From NCBI GenBank assembly GCA_905478415.1, contig CAJQIG010000001.1:309892-373891 (forward strand): 64,000 nucleotides of DNA, in the 5' to 3' direction. The stretch's first letter is position 1; the number at the start of each line of letters is the position of its first letter. The notes beneath the pieces are model-generated. The model was not told the DNA's origin and searched no databases. It saw only the letters and a list, made by a program, of their open reading frames with translations. This stretch comes from an uncultured Patescibacteria group bacterium (GTDB taxonomy: Bacteria; Patescibacteriota; Microgenomatia; UBA1400; PJMF01). Below, piece by piece: positions 50,420 through 58,711 of this stretch. A program made the position numbers and the translations under genes.

Positions 50420-51220
50420 CTACTGATTCTTTTTTCCTAATACATTCTTTAGCTCTTCTACGTACCCTAAAACTGCTCCTTCAAGTTTCTCTGCGGCGTG
50501 TTTCTTTTCATCTCTATCAGCCGCTGCTTTAACTTCTCTAGATAACAGTTCTATCTGCTTTTGTTTTTGCTTCAACTCTGTAACATCACGCTCCAAATCA
50601 GATCCAAGCGCATTTGTAAACTGACCTGTGTAACTAACAATACTAGCTAACAAGTTATTTTTTACTCGATTTCTCTCGAAGAAGGCAGAAAACGGCCCTC
50701 TGTATTTGCCATCAACTAACACATCAAAAACATTGCTCATACTACTTCTCCACTCTCGTCGAACGGTATGATCATCTTGATGATCAATAATGATGGGTGA
50801 ATCTAACCAATACCTAATTGACTCTACTGTCTCATCAAAAAATTCAAGTAAGTCTTCTCTATCCAGATCATCAAGATCTGAATCTTGAGTACTCTCCTGG
50901 AGTAACCGTCTACTTTCAGTAACCGAATTATCACTCAGCGTTACTCCCCAATTTATATCTGACCGAGCCTTTCCCTGAACCAAATCTCTAAAAATTACTT
51001 GACTCAACTGAGTAAAACTCGTCATTTTTTCAAGTTTAGCTCGAGTCATTGGGCTTATTTTTTCGAAAAGATCTGGATCCGAATCAATACACGTCACTAT
51101 TCGATCTGGAGAAAAAAGAAATTCTTGCTCTGGATGCTTGCTGACATAGCTAGCAACTGATCTATCCAGTGCCTCCATAGCTGGTACTACCTGGTAACCC
51201 TCTTGAGATTCTAATGTCAT
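50420..51220 (-). CDS. hypothetical acidic protein with C-terminal coiled coil
   Basis: ORF. Confidence 0.4.
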   Translation of the reverse strand: MTLESQEGYQVVPAMEALDRSVASYVSKHPEQEFLFSPDRIVTCIDSDPDLFEKISPMTRAKLEKMTSFTQLSQVIFRDLVQGKARSDINWGVTLSDNSVTESRRLLQESTQDSDLDDLDREDLLEFFDETVESIRYWLDSPIIIDHQDDHTVRREWRSSMSNVFDVLVDGKYRGPFSAFFERNRVKNNLLASIVSYTGQFTNALGSDLERDVTELKQKQKQIELLSREVKAAADRDEKKHAAEKLEGAVLGYVEELKNVLGKKNQ

Positions 51221-51362
51221 AGTAAGAGTATCTTACACGATTTACATCACTTGTAAAACTTATTAATGCTGTACGCTCCATCTTAAAATGAACAGCTGAT
51301 CTAGTAAAAACAGACAAAACAGCCTGTACACAAGTTGTGTTCTATTCTGCTATACTGGACGC

Positions 51363-51953
51363 ATGCAAAAACTAAATCTCTCTAAACCCACGCAGAGTGA
51401 AGACGAAATATCGGTTGACTCAGGTGTGCTTGTGGCAGATAATGTGGACTCTGAAGGCGATGACAGTGAGTACGCAGTAGAAATTCCCACGCTTTCAGTA
51501 CAAGAACCCATGAAAAAATCTCAAAAAACTTTTTTCGTATTTGCCTTTGTAGCCGTCTTTTTAGGCGTCGTGACTGGATTTAGTGGCTATAAGCTGTATG
51601 CCAGCTCAAACACAACTGGCAAGCAAACAAGTGAGGATGTCCCAACCGTGGTCGAAGGAAAAATCAAAAAAGGCGATGTCTTTGGCAGTAATAGCGAAAC
51701 CTTCAAAGATACTGCAAAAGGTTACCTCGAAGGTGGCGGCTTTGATGCCGAAGGCTCACACAAACTTCTTCGTCCAGGTGGTGAAACACAAACGGTCTAC
51801 TTAACCTCTTCAGTCACTGACCTCAGTGAGTTCGAGGGCATGGAAATTGAAATTTGGGGAGAAACCTTCCAAGGACAGAATGTTGGCTGGCTGATGGATG
51901 TTGGTCGAGTTAAAGTCCTCGAGACTGAGGCTGAAGCTCCATCAGAAAACTAG
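51363..51953 (+). CDS. hypothetical membrane-anchored protein
   Basis: ORF with one TM. Confidence 0.4.
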   Translation: MQKLNLSKPTQSEDEISVDSGVLVADNVDSEGDDSEYAVEIPTLSVQEPMKKSQKTFFVFAFVAVFLGVVTGFSGYKLYASSNTTGKQTSEDVPTVVEGKIKKGDVFGSNSETFKDTAKGYLEGGGFDAEGSHKLLRPGGETQTVYLTSSVTDLSEFEGMEIEIWGETFQGQNVGWLMDVGRVKVLETEAEAPSEN

Positions 51954-52088
51954 TTTTCACTCACTATTCGTTTTTTATCTACCTTTTCTGTGTTATCTAA
52001 CACTACATGTTGTGGTTTGCTACCTCAAGAAACCAGAGTATTTTCCCATTGCCTTTGAATCTGGAAGAAGTTATAGTGAGAGTGTTAT

Positions 52089-53207
52089 ATGATAGTCTTC
52101 AAGTCCGTTTACAAGACTTTTGACCCAGATGAGTCAGGAGTTAAAGATATTTCTTTCCATGTTAAACCTGGAGAGCTGGTTATGGTGACCGGACATTCTG
52201 GTAGTGGAAAAACTACGCTGATGCGCCTGCTCACCAAAGAATATACTCCTAATAAAGGTGATATTGAGTTTGATGGTGAAAATCTCAGCAAAATCAAGCG
52301 AAGCCGGCTGCATGAGCATCGTCGCAAGATTGGAGTCGTATTTCAAGATTATCGTCTCGTTCCCGAAATGAATGTCTGGGAAAACATAGCCCTACCACTT
52401 TCAATTTTAGGTAAAACTCAAGATGAAATTGAAGAACGTGTCACTGATCTCCTCAACTTGGTCCAACTGACTCAAAAAGCCCACCTCTTCCCTAGTCAAT
52501 TATCTGGAGGTGAAGCACAACGAATCAGTATCGCCCGTGCGCTTGCCATTGCCCCCAGCGTTATTTTTGCTGACGAACCAACAGGCAATCTTGACCAAGA
52601 CACGTCACTTTCCATTGCCCAACTCCTCAAACAAATTAATGAACTTGGCACCACACTTATTTTTGCTACTCACGATCCTAAAGTACTCTCGGTCTTCGCC
52701 GACAAACGTCATCTCCACTTGAAAGAAGGTGCATTAGCATTTGATACTGCCGAGAAAGCATCAGAAAAATCCAAAAAGAAAGCTTCAAAAGAAGATACAG
52801 AAGAAAAAACTGATACCTCAGCTGAAGAGCTTGATGAGAAAGTAGAAACTAAAAAGCCAGATTCCTCTCAAGAAGATACAGACAAGGAATCAGAACGTGA
52901 CGAAGAATCAGTTGAAGCAGATTCAAAAGATCTTGAAGAAAAACAGAAAAAGACCCGTGCCACTGGTTTTTGGAGTCGTTTCTTCAAACCAAAGGAAGCT
53001 ACAAAGTCCATTGAAACAACACCTGAAAACGACGAAATGGATGAAGATACTGAAAAAGAGGGTGACACTGCCAGCGAAGAAGATTCCAAAGAAACCGCAG
53101 ATTCTTCTCAAGAAGAAACAAATTCCGAAGATACTAAAGAACCCAAAGAAGCTAAAAAAACTAAGAAAACCAGAAAGAAAAAAGTACCTAAAAAGAAAAA
53201 GGCATAG
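52089..53207 (+). CDS. ftsE: cell-division ABC transporter ATP-binding protein FtsE with ~150-aa K/E/D/S-rich C-terminal tail
   Basis: GHSGSGKTT Walker A, LSGGEAQR signature, Walker B IFADEPTGNLD; low-complexity extension from about 52764. Confidence 0.8.
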   Translation: MIVFKSVYKTFDPDESGVKDISFHVKPGELVMVTGHSGSGKTTLMRLLTKEYTPNKGDIEFDGENLSKIKRSRLHEHRRKIGVVFQDYRLVPEMNVWENIALPLSILGKTQDEIEERVTDLLNLVQLTQKAHLFPSQLSGGEAQRISIARALAIAPSVIFADEPTGNLDQDTSLSIAQLLKQINELGTTLIFATHDPKVLSVFADKRHLHLKEGALAFDTAEKASEKSKKKASKEDTEEKTDTSAEELDEKVETKKPDSSQEDTDKESERDEESVEADSKDLEEKQKKTRATGFWSRFFKPKEATKSIETTPENDEMDEDTEKEGDTASEEDSKETADSSQEETNSEDTKEPKEAKKTKKTRKKKVPKKKKA

Positions 53208-53219
53208 AAACGATCTCTC

Positions 53220-54089
53220 ATGAATGCTCTCACCTCTGCCCTCACCACCATCCGTCGCTCTCCCTACCAGGCTCTCGTCTCAATTCTGATGGTCTCGGTT
53301 ACCTTTTTTGTTGTCTACATGTTCAGTTTTTTTGTGGCTGGAACGCAAAAAGTCCTCACCTACTTCGAAACACAGCCACAAGTTATTGCTTTTTTTGAAC
53401 TGGAAACCCCAGAAACTAGCATCACCGCACTTGAGAAAAAAATGACTGAGCAGTGGTATGTTGACTCAGTCAAAGTTGTTACTCAAGATGAAGCCCTTAA
53501 AATCTATCAAGAAGATAATAAAAATGATCCTCTTCTCCTTGAGTTAGTCACGGCAGATATTCTCCCAGCCAGCATCGAAGTAGCTGCTAAGGATCTTGAT
53601 TCTCTCGTCCTGGTCAAAGAAGAACTTGAAAAAGCTTCTGATGTCGAAGACGTCGAGTACCAAGAAGGCATTGTTGAAACGCTCTCATCTTGGACTGCAT
53701 CAGTTCGCACTATTGGCATCGTTGCAATCTTTACCCTTTCGACTATTTCGTTCTTAATTATCATGGTCATCATCGCCATCAAAGCCACACATAAACGCAA
53801 TACCATTAAGATTATGCGCTTTATTGGAGCCACTTCTTGGTACATTAAAGCTCCGTTTGTGGTCGAAGGCATGCTGTATGGCATCATGGGCTCAGTACTT
53901 GGTTTTGGAGCAACTGTAGCCACCCTCATGTATAGTTCTCCCTGGATTTCAGAGTTTCTCGGCGATATTCAGATTTTTCCAATCCCAACAGAACTTTTTG
54001 CTATCCAAGTAGGTGTTGGAACTCTAGGAGGCATAGTTCTCGGTGGCTTTGCCGGACTGTTAGCAGTCCAACGACTCATTAAACAATAA
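53220..54089 (+). CDS. ftsX: cell-division permease FtsX
   Basis: N-terminal TM, periplasmic domain, three C-terminal TM; immediately downstream of ftsE. Confidence 0.75.
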   Translation: MNALTSALTTIRRSPYQALVSILMVSVTFFVVYMFSFFVAGTQKVLTYFETQPQVIAFFELETPETSITALEKKMTEQWYVDSVKVVTQDEALKIYQEDNKNDPLLLELVTADILPASIEVAAKDLDSLVLVKEELEKASDVEDVEYQEGIVETLSSWTASVRTIGIVAIFTLSTISFLIIMVIIAIKATHKRNTIKIMRFIGATSWYIKAPFVVEGMLYGIMGSVLGFGATVATLMYSSPWISEFLGDIQIFPIPTELFAIQVGVGTLGGIVLGGFAGLLAVQRLIKQ

Positions 54090-54094
54090 TTCTT

Positions 54095-55393
54095 ATGAAG
54101 AAACTCCACACTTCCACCCTCATCACTTTGAGTACTGTGGCTGACCAAGTTTGGCGCGGAATGTTGTTAGTGATGTTGCTTCTCTTCTTTGGCTTTTCTC
54201 TTTCTGTTAGCGCTCAGCCAGTAACTGCGGCGGCTTGTGACGAATACAGCTGTAATAAGGACGATGAGACTGATGTTTACTTAAAGTGTATTTCTGAAAA
54301 AAAGTCCTGTGTAGAGGACCAACTCGATGTCATTTCGGAAGAAAAGAACACCCTCACCAGCACCATCAGCCTTCTCAATGGACGAGTTCGCGTTCAAGAA
54401 CTCCAGATCTACCAAACGGTAGCTGAAATCGATGCACTCGAAAAACAAATCACTGAACTCGAGGAGCGAATCGGCGGCCTCAATATTTCGCTCGATCGAT
54501 TAACTACTCTACTTGTCAACAGAATTCGCACCCAGTACAAGCGTAACCGCATTTCTCCGATCGCCCTCTTCACCTCCGCTCAGGGCTTCAATCAGGTCTT
54601 AACGCAGTATAAATACATCGGCCAAGCAGGAGAGCAAACGGCTAAAGCCATGAGCTTAGCCGAGTCGCAACGTATTCTCTACGACGATCAAAAAGCTCTC
54701 AAAGAAGAAAAACAGTATGAGTTCCAGAGCAAAACTACGCAGCTTAAAAACGAAAAAGCAGAACTCGATCGTCAAAAATCCGAACAACAAACCCTCTTAG
54801 CCAGTACCGAAAATAATGAAAGTAAATACCAACAACTCCTAGCCGAAGCTCAAAAAGAGCTCCAACAAATTGCCAATGCTGCAAATATTGTTATCCGAGA
54901 CGGCAACGGTGTACCAGTTAAAAAAGGTGAAACTATTGGTACCATGGGAAACTCTGGCTTCTCTACTGGAGCACATCTTCACTTTGGCGTCTATAAATAC
55001 AGTGCCGAAGAATTCCAAGATACCTCCGAGTGGAGTTGGTACTACAGCAACTACATTAACCCTGTTGATAAACTCGAGTCTACCTCTGTAACCTGGGATA
55101 CTAGCTGTAGCTATAACCCAAGTGGCACCCAAAATTCTGGTGGAGGTAGCTGGCGCTGGCCAATGAACGATGTCCGCATTACCCAAGGCTATGGATCTAA
55201 CACCTGCTACAACTGGATGTACGGCAACAAGCCACATCCTGCTATCGATATTGTTGGCATGGGCTCAAAGTCTGTGATGTCTGTTGCAGACGGCGAAGCC
55301 TACTTCTGCCGTAACTGTCTTGGCGATGGTGGAAACGGTGTCTTTGTCTTCCATGATGATAACTACATGACGTTGTACTGGCACTTAAAGTAG
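54095..55393 (+). CDS. M23 family metallopeptidase with coiled-coil region (EnvC-like FtsEX partner)
   Basis: N-terminal TM, long coiled coil, C-terminal GNSGFSTGAHLHFGVY M23 motif. Confidence 0.7.
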   Translation: MKKLHTSTLITLSTVADQVWRGMLLVMLLLFFGFSLSVSAQPVTAAACDEYSCNKDDETDVYLKCISEKKSCVEDQLDVISEEKNTLTSTISLLNGRVRVQELQIYQTVAEIDALEKQITELEERIGGLNISLDRLTTLLVNRIRTQYKRNRISPIALFTSAQGFNQVLTQYKYIGQAGEQTAKAMSLAESQRILYDDQKALKEEKQYEFQSKTTQLKNEKAELDRQKSEQQTLLASTENNESKYQQLLAEAQKELQQIANAANIVIRDGNGVPVKKGETIGTMGNSGFSTGAHLHFGVYKYSAEEFQDTSEWSWYYSNYINPVDKLESTSVTWDTSCSYNPSGTQNSGGGSWRWPMNDVRITQGYGSNTCYNWMYGNKPHPAIDIVGMGSKSVMSVADGEAYFCRNCLGDGGNGVFVFHDDNYMTLYWHLK

Positions 55394-55440
55394 CTATCTC
55401 AAGCCAGTTTTTCCTTCATTTTGAATAAATCCTATAACTA

Positions 55441-55469
55441 TTGACAACGTGATGTACTGGTGATATACT
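55441..55469 (+). promoter_or_regulatory. sigma70-like promoter TTGACA-N17-TATACT
   Basis: Read directly; drives the small secreted protein gene. Confidence 0.6.
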
Positions 55470-55547
55470 TTGTATCAGTAATAACAGCAGATCCTTTGTT
55501 GGCCTTACAACCAACCGACTTCGCGATTCTGCATAAAGGAGTAACAC

Positions 55548-55883
55548 ATGAAAGCATTAAAAATCACCTTAGCAGGTGTGCTTGCTACAGCAGTTATGCT
55601 GAGCTTCTCAAGTGCTGTTTCTGCAGACACCGCTGAGCAATCTCAATCTGCTGATCAAACAGTTACAGTCAAATGTACTACTGGTTCTTATGGACAAGAT
55701 TCAACTTGTGAAGCATCCGGTGAACAGTCTCTTGAACAAAATCAAAAGATTGAGTACACAACTGTACTTGGCAAAACCCATGTTCCTGCTGACACCGCTC
55801 TCGATTTTGGTACTGCATCTGCAGCTGCCATGAGCATGATCACAGGCGCTGGCGCCTTTCTTCTTAAGAAGAAAATTGCCTAA
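55548..55883 (+). CDS. small secreted protein with C-terminal hydrophobic anchor and KKK tail (sorting-signal-like)
   Basis: AGGAG RBS; signal peptide; C-terminal ...ASAAAMSMITGAGAFLLKKKIA. Confidence 0.6.
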   Translation: MKALKITLAGVLATAVMLSFSSAVSADTAEQSQSADQTVTVKCTTGSYGQDSTCEASGEQSLEQNQKIEYTTVLGKTHVPADTALDFGTASAAAMSMITGAGAFLLKKKIA

Positions 55884-55907
55884 TTTATTTTAACTAATAA
55901 CTCAAAA

Positions 55908-55932
55908 AAGCCTCCTACTTGGAGGCTTTTTT
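55908..55932 (+). terminator. rho-independent terminator
   Basis: aagcctcc-tactt-ggaggctt followed by tttt. Confidence 0.8.
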
Positions 55933-56069
55933 AGTGGTCCTCTTGATTGACAACTCTCTCATAATATCCTATAATTAATATATGTGACATAGCTTATGAT
56001 GTATATCAAAAAGACGTGTCACTATTGCTATTTAACTTAATTGATTTTTTTGCCCTTTAGGAGGCTATC

Positions 56070-56873
56070 TTGACTAAAAAAAATGTCCACAAAACAAAAA
56101 GCCAAGGATGGATTAAACGATTCATGGCTTTTTCGGACAAACCAGCAATCCAAGTGATTGCTCCATTTTTATTCGTCTGGATGTTTACCCTCTCGTTTGG
56201 GCAACTCCAGTTTGGCATCGCCATGACCTTGAGCATGGTTCTCCATGAGCTTGGCCATGCCTATGTCTTGAAAGAGAATGGAATCCTCTGGAAAATTCTG
56301 TGGCTGTTCCCCCTCGGGGCAGTAGCCGCACCGCTGAATGAGGCGGAAAACAAAAGATCAGACTTGCTTGCCTGGTGGAAATTAACCTGGTTAATGCTGG
56401 CTGGACCAGCTGTAAATGTTGGTTTGATGTTTGTGGGTGTGCTTCTAACTAGTATTAATCCTGTCTGGAGCGCAGCCTTGATCACAACTAATGGATATCT
56501 GTTAGTGATTAACTTGATTCCAGTTGGGTCTTTAGACGCAGGTCAACATTTCAAACTCATCTTTACGTCTCTCAATGAGCGTGAAGAGAAAGTGCTGTTG
56601 ACTTTCTTCGCCGCTATTATGGTTGTGTTTTTCGGCCTTTTGTCCTGGAGTGGGTATGGATCTATCCTTTTGACTCTGGTCATGAACATTGGCTGGGTGG
56701 CACTAATCCCCATCATTGTGATTGCCGTTTTTTCGGCCTCAATGAAAGATGATGAGACTTTGTCTGAATCCCCTTTAGCCATGACCAACACTCAAGCCGC
56801 CATTGCGACTTTGTCGTATATGGGCTTAGTTCTAGCCATGTTGGTCATGTGGGTTGGACCGCTGGTGCTCTAA
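56070..56873 (+). CDS. M50 family (site-2 protease-like) intramembrane zinc metalloprotease
   Basis: HELGH in TM helix and NLIPVGSLDAG (LDG) motif; AGGAGG RBS. Confidence 0.7.
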   Translation: MTKKNVHKTKSQGWIKRFMAFSDKPAIQVIAPFLFVWMFTLSFGQLQFGIAMTLSMVLHELGHAYVLKENGILWKILWLFPLGAVAAPLNEAENKRSDLLAWWKLTWLMLAGPAVNVGLMFVGVLLTSINPVWSAALITTNGYLLVINLIPVGSLDAGQHFKLIFTSLNEREEKVLLTFFAAIMVVFFGLLSWSGYGSILLTLVMNIGWVALIPIIVIAVFSASMKDDETLSESPLAMTNTQAAIATLSYMGLVLAMLVMWVGPLVL

Positions 56874-56892
56874 CAAAATCAAATAAGTTAGA

Positions 56893-56925
56893 AAGACCCT
56901 TCAAATTGAAGGGTCTTTTTGCTTT
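56893..56925 (+). terminator. rho-independent terminator
   Basis: aagacccttcaa-att-gaagggtctt followed by tttgctttt. Confidence 0.7.
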
Positions 56926-56938
56926 TAAGTCCTATAGT

Positions 56939-56967
56939 ATTGACAATTCGCAATGATGGTGTTATAA
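56939..56967 (+). promoter_or_regulatory. consensus sigma70 promoter TTGACA-N17-TATAAT
   Basis: Read directly; the upstream 20 nt resemble the 55441 promoter. Confidence 0.65.
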
Positions 56968-57329
56968 TGTACGTATTAGTGATATACAACTATTACTAAG
57001 ATACAACCAACCTTACATACTTTTTTTCCTAAATGTTGGTTGCAAACCGAACTTTGATTATTGTTGATAGATGCTTGGCATTCACGAATGCTCTTCACCT
57101 GTCAACATACCGCCCGAAGGCATTGCTGCTTTCACTGGTGGGTGCGACAGAAGACGTTTCTAAGTTTACTTAGAAACTGAACCTTAACAGGTATACAGAA
57201 ATATAAAAATTGAATGAACACTATACGTGTATCGTTTCTTTTTCTCCGTGGTTTTATTTTTAACTCTCTCTTTTGTTGGTTTCCGTGTGGCCCACAGTGG
57301 GCGCGTACTGGTTGTAACGTGCTCGCTGT

Positions 57330-57435
57330 GGGCTGCAGGGCCCTTCAGAAATTTTTAGAACGGAAGGTCATCCGTCAAATGACCCTTGGCTTTCCGCCAA
57401 GTTCTTATTTTTCATCTGGCTCTGCAGCCCGCAGG
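57330..57435 (+). promoter_or_regulatory. GC-rich multi-hairpin structured 5' leader element upstream of lipoprotein gene
   Basis: Outer pairing GGGCUGCAG (57332-57340) with CUGCAGCCC (57422-57430); inner hairpins GGUCAU-ccgucaa-AUGACC and UUGGC-uuucc-GCCAA. Confidence 0.45.
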
Positions 57436-57508
57436 ACCAGGACTTATTGAAAATGTTGAAAAAATGCCCCATCCTTGGGCAATAATTTCCATTGGAGGAA
57501 ATAAAAAA

Positions 57509-58630
57509 ATGAAGCGTACTAGCATTTTGTTCCTATTTTTAATCTTATCAACTATCGCGTTAACAGCATGTGACTGGCGTTTACGGTCACCAATCGTCAA
57601 GGAAACGCCGGCCCCCTATGTTGTAACTCCCGAACCCACCCCAGTGGTGGTGAAAGAATACTGGAGTCCTACTGAAGGGGCCACGTGGAACCATTTAACT
57701 GAAGACGCAGATTACCAAGAATATGAAAATTTGGTAATTCCTGTCTGTGGCCCAGTCGGATACCCAGATGAAGCAGAAGTTAAAGTTATCCGTGGTGGTC
57801 AAGATGGTAAGGATGTAAGCGTGTTTTTCAACTGTAATCTGTTCCGCACACACGTGCTGGGACTGCCTACATTGGCTGAAATTTACGAAAGCACTCCTGA
57901 ACCAATTGACAACAGCATCGAAGCTGAAGCCAACTCCTGCCCCGAAGACGCCGATATGATCGAAACCGCACTGGCCGATGGCTATGTGCACTTCGTGTTT
58001 GATGGCGAATCTGTTTCGTGGGACCCCTGCAAGTGGCACGGGTACACGGAAGACGGGTTGACGCTGGAAAATGCTGATTGGCAAGCAACCGTTGTGTTGC
58101 ATGATGGCGACGAGCAATCTGACCCCATCGTGTGGCGCGGCCCAGCTGAAATTGACGGCAACGTCAGCTTCACCCTCCGCTATATCGGCGAGGGCAGCGG
58201 CTATGCTGCTGACCACTGGGTCAACAATGACTGCCAGCTCCTGATTCAAGAATACGCATTCGGATTGCGCCGAGAGAACTGGGATTATCCCACTTTCGAA
58301 GGCAACGTTACCTGTGATGCTCTTGATGACCTTTTGGCCAACGAAGTTGACGTCAACGACCTCCCCAACGCCTACACAATCGCAGCCGTTTTCGGTGGCG
58401 AGTCCCCCATGTGGACAGTGAAAGATTGGGAAGGCGGCGCGCATTTGTTTGCCGCCGGCGAACATGCTGATGGCAGCATGAACTTCATCAAGCTTGAGGT
58501 CCCCAGCTGGGCCGACAGCTGTGAGATTGATTATTGGAATGGCGAGACAGGCGCTGCTGACAAGCTGATGCCCGGCGACCCCGGCATCTCCTTGAACGAA
58601 GCGTCCCTGCACTGTCACGCGGACCAATAA
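57509..58630 (+). CDS. acidic lipoprotein of unknown function, GC-rich (compositionally foreign)
   Basis: GGAGGA RBS 9 nt upstream of ATG 57509; MKRTSILFLFLILSTIALTAC lipobox; the antisense 310-aa track ORF is treated as a high-GC artefact. Confidence 0.6.
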   Translation: MKRTSILFLFLILSTIALTACDWRLRSPIVKETPAPYVVTPEPTPVVVKEYWSPTEGATWNHLTEDADYQEYENLVIPVCGPVGYPDEAEVKVIRGGQDGKDVSVFFNCNLFRTHVLGLPTLAEIYESTPEPIDNSIEAEANSCPEDADMIETALADGYVHFVFDGESVSWDPCKWHGYTEDGLTLENADWQATVVLHDGDEQSDPIVWRGPAEIDGNVSFTLRYIGEGSGYAADHWVNNDCQLLIQEYAFGLRRENWDYPTFEGNVTCDALDDLLANEVDVNDLPNAYTIAAVFGGESPMWTVKDWEGGAHLFAAGEHADGSMNFIKLEVPSWADSCEIDYWNGETGAADKLMPGDPGISLNEASLHCHADQ

Positions 58631-58652
58631 ATAATTTTTTCTGTATAACCTG

Positions 58653-58683
58653 TTGCCCCGACGCTTTTAAAGTGTCGGGGCAA
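58653..58683 (+). terminator. 10-bp GC-rich stem hairpin downstream of lipoprotein gene
   Basis: ttgccccgac-gcttttaaagt-gtcggggcaa; weak U-tract. Confidence 0.5.
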
Positions 58684-58711
58684 TACCAGAGTTCATAATT
58701 ACTTTGTAATT

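Noticed and set aside
57214-57450. 78-aa ORF inside the long leader
   Set aside because: There is no RBS, and it spans the GC-rich hairpin region; it is more likely to be structured RNA than coding.
57695-58627. 310-aa ORF antisense to the lipoprotein gene
   Set aside because: It is the typical long antisense ORF of a GC-rich segment. The plus-strand gene has an RBS, signal peptide and lipobox.
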